64,000 nt of DNA from Pocillopora damicornis (taxonomy: Eukaryota), in contig NW_020846006.1 of the NCBI RefSeq assembly GCF_003704095.1, positions 186,001 to 250,000 of the forward strand, in the 5' to 3' direction. The translations under genes were made by a program, and so were the position numbers. Shown here in pieces: positions 14,483-25,590 of this stretch; position 1 is the stretch's first letter, and each line of letters starts with the position of its first letter. The notes beneath the pieces were generated by a model. That model did not search any database and had not been told where the DNA came from. It was given only the letters and a program-made list of their open reading frames with translations.

Positions 14483-17400
14483 AAGAATGCAAATATAACC
14501 AAAATAATAATGATTAATTTGGCAAATTAGAAACAGAGAATACAAGCTAAAGTCTTTTAAAAGATTTAACTGAATCGTCAGAAAGTTAGGTTAGATAATG
14601 GACTCCTACATAAAAGTTAGTAAAGATGAAGTACAGGCTGATAGAAGGCCATAATTACAAACTGAAAGTTCTTCACTTAATTCCCAATGCGTTAATCGCA
14701 AGCCAGATTTGAGAAAGAAGGTCAGGTGTCTTTTGGTGTGTTAAAAACTTTCTTAGTGAAATGATAAATTCTAAAAATATATTTAATCAAAGTTAGTTCT
14801 CCATTTTAAAGAATCAGGATATAATTTGTTTTAAAGTAGCCATTTGATACTAATCAAATATACGTTGAATATCCCTCCTTCCTCCCTTTACTCTTGGGAA
14901 TTTCATCGCTAGATTTACTGATGTTCCACACAGAAGAGTAGTTTGGATGTAATAATGGGTTAAGCGTTACTAGAATAGAATGTGTTGCGGTTCACTTCAT
15001 TTTGGTTAACAATTCGTTGACGCTCTCTCACGTTCACTTTTATGTGGTGAAAAACATAATTGATTATATTAAAAGACCTTAAAATAGAAGATCAAAATAA
15101 ATTTCCAAAAAAATTTCCTACCTTGGGTATGGGAAAAAAACTCAACATCGACAGATGAATAGCTGTTTTTCATTTAAGCGAGGAAACCTCTCAAGAGGAG
15201 AGCGGTATTTCTGCAATTGGTCTGGTTCGATTCTAATTCTTCATTTAATCTTAGAACGATTCCTAAGCCGATTGTTTCGTTGATTGTCATCAAAAATAGT
15301 AAACAGTGTTACTTCAGTATGCAAGCTTATGTTGGTAATCCAACAATTTCGTATCTTGTTTTCCGCCGTCCAAAGATTGAAAGCATGAATGCACTCAGCA
15401 ATGATGCAAAAGTTATGTAATGATTTTACAATGCTTTAGACTAGTCAAAAGAAAGAACAGGCAGATTTTCTCTTCTCGACATTGCTGAAGACTTTTTCAA
15501 TTGTGTCAGTGATGGAAAAAGGAATCAGCAAATCACGGTACATTACTCAGTTTCCTTTTTTGGTTTTTGTTTGTTTTTATTCCAGTTATTCGGCTCGATA
15601 CAACGTTTATGTATCGTTGAGCTGCTTGGGCGACATTGTGCGTTAATCTAAAGTAAATAACAGTAGTACACTGTATTATAGAGGAAATTGCATTGAAGTG
15701 AGACTCAGTTTAACAATGGACCGGACTCATGTATATCAACTGTGCAATAGGCACATGTTTGACATAAAATATAAATCATATCAGATCATAGATCGTACAG
15801 AACGGGGTCACGTCTCACACGTAACGCTAGAAACCATGCAAAATATTGCTTTCTTTCACGGAGTCACATCTCCTATGGAGCGAGCGAGGAATGTGATCGG
15901 TGCGAAGCGGAATTTAGCAAAAACAGATGTATCTGACAAGGATTAATCATTCATTTCCAAGGATGTTTGCAAAGTTCTAGTTTAACAAAAGAGTTAGACT
16001 GAACATTAGTAAGCACTGATTTCTGAGTACAATAGCTCATAGCCACTTTTATTCTGTCTTTAAGAATTTTTTTAAAACGTTATCTTCATCAATTCGGTCA
16101 GTTGTCCATTCACGACCGGCCAAAAGGTTCCCTTGGCTTTCATTTCTAACCTTATTTAGTTATAGTTATCTGCAGGGTGGACTGAAAGGTTACAAAGCGG
16201 GGACCAAGGATGTCCACTCGTGTTGAGAGTGTAAATCAATAAAGGAAATCCTCCTTACGAGGATATTGATTTCTTGAAGCGTGACAAATGTGAGAAATTA
16301 TCCTGTGAAGCATCTGATGCAGTTTGGAGTAGAACTGCGTGTCTTGAATTACTCTATTTCTAAATCTTCTACAATCGTGGTTTGCATACAACTCTTCTCG
16401 AACTGACTGAAGTCTAACTCTTGGTTTTAGACATAGGTTTTGATCAAGTGTAAACTTAGCCCATGTTTAGTCTTCCTTCCGGATTACTGCAGAAAACACA
16501 AGTTCGTGATGGAATGTTTTATTGTTCTTTTCAACAGTTGTTTTCATAGTTGCATGGGTAAAATGACCAAAAGAAAAACAGTAACGCCTGAAGAGCCGTT
16601 TGTAATAAGTTGTACAACGTTGATCTATGTAATTTTAATGTATTTCCTGATAGTTTTAGATTAGAAATCACTAGTTTCATATCAGTTTATGGGATTGACT
16701 GCGATTGAAAAGTTAACTCAAGTTGAATACCAAAAATGAAGAAGACATGTGGCTAAACATGTTTGAACAAATCTGCTGTTATATCAAAATTAAACTGCGA
16801 GTTTCGAGCCCTAAGAAGTGGTTTCTTTTGATTGACGAGTCAATGGTTCACATCTAACTTAATTTTTCACCTTTTCATTTTTATTTACTTATTTACTGTA
16901 GAGGCAATGTAACTTTTAAGCTTCAAATTGTTGGTTTGGAAGAAATAATGAAAGTGATCTTACAAAGCAGTATAATTTCACTCTTCGCCTCGAAGGTTAA
17001 ATAATAGAAAGACGAATACCGTTTTTGCCAGCCCTAAGTTAGTTTGATTCATAGTTTTACTCGTCATTATTCCTGAAATGAACGACATAATTCAGTCTTT
17101 CACAAATAATTGGATGACTGAAAGGAATAATCAAGTGAAAATATGTTAATGCGATCGATCGAAGAGTATCCCATAGTAAGAATGCAATTTTATATTCAGA
17201 GAGGGAGGTAAAAAGTACAGTCCCCACGCAACAGCCAATTTTCGAGAGCAGTAGAGCTACCTGCCACTTGTGACGCAAATCAAACTCTTACCTCTGGGCC
17301 ATTTCGGTTTAAGGACAAGGAGGGTAGATATCACAGAACAAAGGTACTTCCTTCCGGCCTTATTTCAAACGAAAACACTCGATCAAAGTTCGTGATGGAA

Positions 17401-19111
17401 TGCTTTTACTTGGCAGAGAGATTTTAAATTCCATTCTATCAACTGCAAACAATTACTAAAACAATAGGAGGTGTGTCACCGCAGGGAAATGTACACAGTA
17501 CTGGTTCGAGAATAACTAGAAATGAAATACAAACCAGACGTAAGGAACTGGTTTGTTTTTAACCTTACCTTGACAATGATCTAAAAACGTTCGTGCTGAT
17601 TGTCACAAAGAATGACACGCCCACATGTTCCCGTCATCGGTACGGCAGACACCGCTAGTTGATGTTAAGTCCTTTATACCCCAATATCAGATGTCTTTTT
17701 TCTCATATCCTGTAGTCTAGAGGGAAGTTGCGCCTGAAGATAACTCAATTTAAGTTGTCTTTTCTCAAACATGAGAATAACATTGGATAAGTAGCACAAT
17801 ACTGGAATTTTGCTCTATAGTATTTATAATCAGTTTAATATTTCTAAAAGTTTAAATACTATACATCCGACATTCCTGATTTTCTATAGTTTTGGTTTTC
17901 GGTTGAGACAAATTTATCAAATGGTGGCGCGGTGTCACCTCAGACACTCAATCGTGGTGGGTATGGCATGTACCATCTCTTGTTTTTATGTCTGCACGTC
18001 TGAGGCGCCCGTGTATTAGGAAGAACAACGCGTTTTGTATGTGTGGTGTTTTTTTTCCGCAGGTTCCTACTCGTTGCAGTTCGATCAAGAGATCATTCGG
18101 ATCCTGTGCTTACGACAAGGGGCTCCTTAACGTGAACCCGAGAGGAAACTATATCCTCTGGCTTTTTTGAAATTTTGTAAGAGCAAATTGGAATATTAGC
18201 AACTAAAAGTGACTCCACTCTGATTTTCAAAGTCATTCTCAACCCCTCCCCAGGCACTTAGTAAAATTTTCTGGAGGATATCGTTCAAATTACTACGATC
18301 AAAGGGTGGTCGTGATACTCAGAGTTCATGCTGAGAACTAAACAAGATGCCGCTGCTCCAAAACGGCGGGGAAGCCGTGAGCCGAACGGTACTTTGCATT
18401 ATCTTAAGTATTGTCATAAATTTCATTGTGCATTTATCCATCGTAACCCTTCCTGCTTTTTAGCGCTTTGTTTTCTTTGGAAAATGATCTTAGTCAAATA
18501 AAATAAGGTTGACCTACAATTGTGGACTTAAATGACTGACTATTCGTTTCCGAATTGGATCGCACAATGTTATGTGCGCAATCTAAGATTGAAAAATTAC
18601 AGATTAATCTGTCTCTGCATCGAATACCTTTTCAAATGCTTTGCAAATTATGATTTCCCGTCCGGAAAGTGACAGAAATTGAAGTTTAACTGTGCTACTG
18701 TTTCCTCGCAAAGATGTGCCCCTCAGCACGAAAGTGTGGCAATGCTAGTTTGTATTTATTTCTGTCTTAAGTCGCACCACTTAACTTATACCACTTTTCT
18801 CCCTCTTACTAAAACTAGTCATTTCTCACTGCGCTGTGTGACTTCTAAAGTTTGTCCCAACAAGCGATGAAAGACTTTTCCGACGAAAGCACGGGAGTTC
18901 AAAGGGAGTGTAAATGTCTGCTTCCTGACCGCAACCTATTTACAGTATCTCAACGAGCCAATTAAGTTACAGTACTCCAGAGTCATGATTAGCCGGTTAT
19001 CAAAGCGCGAGACTGGAGTCTCCAGACTAACTTATATTGGTGCCAAGCAGCCGAGAAGTTGACTGCTTGTAAGAAATTTACCTGGGAAGGGACATAATCA
19101 GTTGAGGCAAT

Positions 19112-21455
19112 ATGTCTTCTAGAGTGAAATATGGCTCGGCTTTTTCCCCTGTCATCCCTTCTAAATCCGTCTTAAATCATCCTTTCTCCATTAAAAACCT
19201 GCTCAGTCTCTGCGACGACCGACGAGGTGAAGACAACGAACATAATAAAAGATTCGCCAATCTTTCCCCTGCCAGCGAAAACACGGCAAGGAAAACACGC
19301 CCCGTGAAAGAGGGCACAGGTTTGAGTGCAGCACAAGGTAACTTCGATCTAAACAGTGTCTGGCCGGCATGGGTTTATGCTACGAGATATTCGAGGCACG
19401 GTATCCCTCCAGGTTAGTTATAATATAAATTAGATTAAAAGATATGACGAAGCCTTGAAGCTACGTTATACATAAGTAAAGCGGTGCAACATTTTCTACC
19501 TTAGCAGACTCCCATCGGAACTGCAATAAATCATGTATGACCCGTCTCAACGTGATACATGAAATAGCACCTTCTTGGAGAGCATAACTTTTCACTTCAT
19601 AAACAGCTATCCAGCGTGCGATTTCTGAACTTGAATTAAATTTTAAAAAAACATATCTGTGAAACGTATTCTTTCCCCAATTTATGTTTCAATCGTGCAA
19701 AGGTTAACTTCTTAGGGTAATGCTCTTTTAAATAAATACGCTAAAAAGGGCTTGCACATCTAATACACCAAACAATAATACTCGCAATGAAATATAAATT
19801 TATGTGGCTTGCAAGCCTTTAGCTTAGGCCGTAACATTTTGTATAATGTTTGCGTCAGAATTTCAAAATACACACCAAAGGAGGTGAACAATCAGAGATG
19901 TGTCTTTAAATATAATACTAACATTAGGCCAATATCGTATAATAATTTTTTTTGAATGGTGAAGTGTAACATTTATCTATTCGAAGAGGAACTCCGTGAA
20001 CCACTACATATTCAGTGGGTAATTAGAAGGGGTGTTTACCGACCTTTTAATTGCTCGGAATCAGAACAGGAAAAGACATAAAACGAAGTTTCATCGGATT
20101 TTACAGCTGCCGGTTTCCCATGATCTGATTCTTTGGCGTTGTTTCTGTAGACATTGTTTGGGAGCTTTTCAAAGTGGAAAAAAACCGTCGACTGCATTAG
20201 TCATCACAATTGTTTAGATGTATCAAAGAAGTTGCGAAAACGACCTCAAAGGTGCTAACTAAGTTAGCCAAACATGATTAGCGATGGCTAAAATTATCAA
20301 TCACTTTCGGAAATATTTGGAAAGTTCAAACTGATTTCCTGAAGCGTAAAATTGAAGCTTAAGTGGACCGAATATGAGAGGACGCTAGCGGATGTGCTAT
20401 ATTTATTGGCTAAGAGTAACCTATAAGCATTTCCGCTGGACTCGTGTGTTCCCCACGCACACGCATACGAACAATACGTGCAATGGTAAACATCTCCACT
20501 TTAATAAAAATACAATGGAACTTCGGAAGCTGGCACTTTTGGCACAATCTGACGTGCAATTTACTGACGTGCCTGAATAAACGGAATCCTTTCAAAATGC
20601 ATTCAATTCCTCTGATTCACAGAAACCATTGTGATATTGATAGATTTGTCAGACTGAAAAAATGATATTTTACCGTGACCTGTGATACAGGTGGAAATTG
20701 ACATTGTTATATCTCACCAAGAGATTCTGGAAAATTTACGTCGGTAGCCGATGAGGAACACACATTACACTCAAGCACTGATTTAACAGTTCTGGTTCGT
20801 TGTCAGGCTTTGGAAAAAACTGCGACGGACATGAAGGTCATGAAGAGCAAAAAAAATGCAAGGAAAAGTTATGCTGATAACTCCCCAATCATATATCTGA
20901 TTTCTCAGTAAATGGGTACTTTCAGCTCTGAATGCGTCCTCTCCACGAACTGGAGAAATGCAGAAAATTGAGTTTGCCAACTCCTATGTTCATTTGCAGT
21001 AACCTGCACATATTGCAGTCTTTTGGGCTTAGTTGGTTGTTACTTTTATTTTTCTTTTTTAAGCCCAAATATTAACTATTACGGTTAAAGACCTATTATG
21101 TTATCAACTGATTTAACTTACAGCAAACTATGCAAACCCACGAAGGCCTCGCAAACCTATCAAGAGACAGAAGCAACGGCCTCTTTTCTCGCCAGAACAG
21201 CTCCAAAAACTCGAAGAAGAGTTTGTCAACGAAAAATACATCTCCAAGTCTCGACGGTGTAAACTAGCCGCAGAAATAAGCCTTACTGAAGCGCAAGTCA
21301 GAACATGGTTTCAAAACAGACGAACAAGATGGCGTAAAGAAGTACATGAAGAGGACGACGATCCCAGCTGGACCACGCACACTGGAATGGCAAAATATGA
21401 CGCTAGTGTCTTAACTGCTAACTGTATGATAGTACGAGGATATTGCTCATCTTGA
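19112..21455 (+). CDS. Divergent ANTP-class homeobox protein with eh1 and Engrailed EH2 motif (engrailed-like), 2 exons, ~210 aa
   Basis: Exon 1 19112-19412 (eh1 FSIKNLL 19184-19204; WPAWVYATRYS 19361-19393; donor AG|GTTAGT, phase 1). Exon 2 21124-21455 (acceptor TTACAG, phase 1) encodes ANYANPRRPRKPIK-RQKQRPLFSPEQLQKLEEEFVNEKYISKSRRCKLAAEISLTEAQVRTWFQNRRTRWRKEV-HEEDDDPSW...*. AATAAA at 21573. The gene model is secure; the family assignment is uncertain. Confidence 0.9.
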
Positions 21456-23664
21456 AACTGTGACTTCCACACAGATGCATTTACCCTCATTTTAAAGTCC
21501 TGTTAGTTACTTTTTCTCCGACAATAACACTCGTGCAGTGCAGTAAACTGAGTAAGAAGAATATTTGCCATCAATAAAATACGTGGCAAACCAAGGATTT
21601 CCAGGCAAAATGAAAGATAGAAGACAAAATTATTCGACAGATTGTGCGTGTATTTTCGGAGTTTTTGAGCAAATGAAAAATCAGCTTATAAAATTAACTG
21701 ATGCATTTTAGATCGGTAAGGAAATTTCCAGAATGGGAAATTAGATTGGCAGCCGTGATCACCATGGAAAGCTGATTATCCAGGGCTGCTGGTTAAAAAT
21801 ACGAGGCCTTGTACACGTATTTCAAGGAGGCGAGCATATTCACTGTGGCCGTTTTAATGATGAAAGTTACATTTTTTGTCACAGGACTCGGCTATAAAGC
21901 TGAAGTGCGGAAAAGCACAATCTTAGGGAGTTCGCATCGCACCATCGATGATTTGTTTCACTCGAGTTAGTTCTTCTACCACGGTGTTATTACCAGACCA
22001 TTTGCTTGTCAGGTTAGAGCGTGTCATTTCGGTGAATTTTGTACATTTTAATACCTACAGAAAATTTTTTTGTGAACGCACACTCTTAAAGAGGCGGTGT
22101 TGCGTTCCCAAGAAGGCTCTTGTGCAACTTCACCGACTCAAAAATCTTGCTTAACCAACTCTTGTTCTTCTAAAATTTAATTATAAGCAAAAAATTTTGG
22201 TTGGCAATTTTAAAATACATTATTTTCAAAGGATGTTAATGTGTAAGAGTGTACGTGTTATCAATCGTGTTCTCCATATGATGGTAACCTTGCCCGTGTA
22301 GATTATCTATGGACGTTCGAAATTTCAACGTTACAACTAGACCTATTATTTATTTCTTAGTTCATAAAAAAATTATGCGTCAAGCAGATTAATAAAATCA
22401 GTCGTTTAACCAACTGAATTGAGTTTTTACTCATTCCCTCAAAGACCACCTGGACTCGATATGCTGATAACCCCCATTATTTACCATTCTAAAGTGTATT
22501 CCATTATTATTTTCGGGAGATTATTACCGTGAGCTTTTATTCATTATATTCGGAAGTTCAAAATCAAATCCTCAGAGAAAGATGAAGCGAGAGAAAGACG
22601 TGGTCAATGCTTACTTTCCTTTACAATTTTAAAAAGGCAGTGTATTACACTGATTTCATCATTTCCTTACCATGCAGTGGTATACTTTGTTTCCAAGTAT
22701 TATGGTCATAACCGTACTCTGTTCCCCTTCCTTACCGAGAAGAAAAGGTACGTACTACTTCGGTTTAACGAGCGAAAGCAATACACTGGCCACGTACACG
22801 ATCTTTTTTTGTTTGAAACGATTCATAAATCGTGTAAGCAGCAGCCATGCACAGGTTTCTAGCCAAGAATCGCTGTTGTATGCATCGTGAAATGAGTATG
22901 TATCCTTTGTTAGCCTCTGCATGCCGAACTAGCTTTCTAGGAAAATGTGCTTTACTCATTCGCTTGTAAAAAGGAAAAATGTCATTTCATCAGAAAATTT
23001 GGTTCATCATATTCTCGACTGGTATATTAATAGGCCGGAGAATATTGTCTAAGTGAAAGTGTTAATCCGTTCCTAACCTACAAACGTTTACAGACACTTG
23101 AGTCAACAAAGAGAATACCAAGGGAGATTAAAGCATGTTGGCTCAACAACACTAGAATGTCCTTGGATTATTGCGAGCTTTTTTAGTACGAGGTAGGAAG
23201 GCCAAAATATGTCATAAGTGTTAATTGAGGATACTGTGAATAAGAAAATACTAATAGTATGTTCATTCACTTTCTTTCCGCGGCGCGGGTGAGTTCCTGA
23301 TCGGCTTAAATCTCATCGTCTGGTCGGTAAAGATCTGTTCTTCAACACTCCCACTAGCTCTTCTTGTAGAGAGAACACTGGAGGTGCTACTTTAAAATAA
23401 ATTGAATCGTGACCTGCCATATTTTTGTAAGATCATCGTTCCCTAATGGCGCTAAAAGATTCCTAGTCAGTTGTGAAGGCGCCGGAGTGAAATCCAAATG
23501 TCTATTCTACATAGTTTTATTTCCCGCCTTTAACAAGATCTTGTTCAATGTTATCGTGAGTTCACGGTGTTACCGGTTCTTATCAATAGAAAGAAACGTA
23601 AAAAGCTTTGAAGTTTCTCCCAAGAGTTCTAGAAGTAAGAAATACCGAAATCGCGTCTATCTAG

Positions 23665-23773
23665 GACGAACGAGATGGTGTAAAGAAGGAATTGTGGATG
23701 ATCTCTGCTGAACCTTGCACACGTGGAATGGCAATGTATGACCCTGTGCTAATGCTACTTTTATGATAGTTCG
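23665..23773 (+). pseudogene. Decayed partial duplicate of the 3' part of exon 2 of the engrailed-like homeobox gene
   Basis: gacgaacgagatggtgtaaagaag...gcacacgtggaatggcaatgtatgac...tatgatagttcg aligns with 21319-21436 (gacgaacaagatggcgtaaagaag...gcacactggaatggcaaaatatgac...tatgatagtacg). Contains TGG>TGA and indels. Confidence 0.8.
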
Positions 23774-25469
23774 TGACTGAAAACAAAGTGTCTTTGAGGA
23801 ATATTTTACCTACTATTACATTACGGTACTAGGAATATATGCATGTATTAGTGGTTCGGGGATTTTCGTCTCTCAAATTTGAAAGACTAATGACTGACTA
23901 ACCTCCGGAGTCTAACCTCCTAACTTGGAGAACCTGACATGGAATCAAGTATCAGACTTTATATTTTGACTTGCTTACAACTAGTATAACAGCTGAGTCA
24001 TGTAGTGAAAATGAAAATGATGGCCGAACTTCTCCAAGTTTTACTTTCATTCACAACACTTTTGTTATCAGTTTGTTATCAGTTCACTGAGTGCGCGACA
24101 AAAAAGATGAAACTATTAGCAGCCGAGGCAAAGGAATCGACTTAATTTCAGCTGCTAAGTTCTGTCTAATTTTTCATGAAAAACGTTGCGCTTCCTTAAA
24201 TCTCCAATGTCAGGCGAAGTANNNNNNNNNNNNNNNNNNNNNNNNNNNNNNNNNNNNNNNNNNNNNNNNNNNNNNNNNNNNNNNNNNNNNNNNNNNNNNN
24301 NNGATCATGTTGACCGTGAAAATACGCCACATTCGATGGTGTCGCTTTTCACACATCGCATCCGGCGAAGGTTCAATATTTCTTTATCCATTTAAGATCA
24401 TTGAAGGTCCATGCACCGAATCAGTCACAAAACCTATTTCACTATTACTACTTCCTCTCCTTCATTTGCTTACAAACCAGAAGTGTTGCTCTAGAAATAA
24501 ATTGACAGACGTGACAATTACACTTAACTTTTGAGATGTTCTTTTTCGTTTTTTTTTTTTTATCCCTTTCCTTTATCTTAGTTAAAATTTGTTCTTGAGA
24601 GAAACTACAAACGTATGATAAGAACGTGCGGAACATATCCTTCGAAGTCAAAATTGATTAAGTAAACTATATTTAGAATGCAAACGAAACCTATCAAAAT
24701 AAACCAAACTTTAACAAAGGAACAAATGTCTGTTTCAAATAGATCTAATGAGTGTGTCCAACGGGAAACCTGCGGCTTTCAAGGTCAAAATACGGCAGAT
24801 GGCACGTGCACCACCGAATGTAAACGACAGTCCCATTGGAGTTTGTCTCTAAACCAAATAGCACGTTTGTCAAATGGGTGCCAATACATCACCACGTAAT
24901 TGAAGGGTACGAGATAATCAATCGTTTTCTCATCTGCAATTAATAAAGCGAACTACGTAAGGGTTAAGGTGGCAAGTGAGTTTTTTTTACAAAGAAAACC
25001 TTAAAAAAACAGCGGAAAGTTGTAAAATATTTACGTTGGGGTAAAATTAATACGATTCCAGTGCTCGCACTGGTTTCGCAATAGTATCTCCTGTCGATGA
25101 ACAAGTGGAGATAACGTTGTTTTGTGAGGGAATTTGATCTTGCGGATTTGATCATATCAGAACATATTCTTTTGAGAGGTCATAAAGCTACTCTTTAATC
25201 GGTTATGGCGGTGGATATCAGATTGCCTTTAATATAGATTTCCGTTGCTCCCGAATCCTCAGAATTATCATTTTCGGTCCCTCCACTGCCTCACGAGATA
25301 CATTGTTAACTATATAGATTTCTTGAAGGAAAGCTTTTTGGTACGTTCATGAGCCCTTAGTGTTTTTTGTGTTAAGTTTTTCAACGGATCCAAATCGTGG
25401 GGCATTTCAGTTTTCACGTACGGCCGAAGTCATCTGATGGGGGGCTAAGTCTAGTGGGTATTATGTTAA

Positions 25470-25495
25470 GCGCATGTGCAAACAAAATGGCCGAT
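25470..25495 (+). promoter_or_regulatory. GATAD1 core promoter motifs (NRF1-like and YY1-like)
   Basis: GCGCATGTGCA immediately followed by CAAAATGGCCG, ~100 bp upstream of the ATG. Confidence 0.45.
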
Positions 25496-25590
25496 GATAC
25501 TAACTGTAATCTGTGTCCACGTAAATTTAGTGTGATTTAGCTGCATATCTTAGATCGGTTTAAGATCTTCCAAAAACGAGCATTTGAATA

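Noticed and set aside
16500-17402. 17-bp exact match AAGTTCGTGATGGAATG at ~16500 and ~17386
   Set aside because: Similarity does not obviously extend into the flanks; cannot distinguish an old local duplication from chance.
19112-21455. Assigning a firm symbol (EN, TLX, NKX6 or MNX) to the second homeobox gene
   Set aside because: EH2, intron position and synteny favour En, but the homeodomain lacks En-diagnostic residues and there is no clear EH5. A phylogeny is needed.
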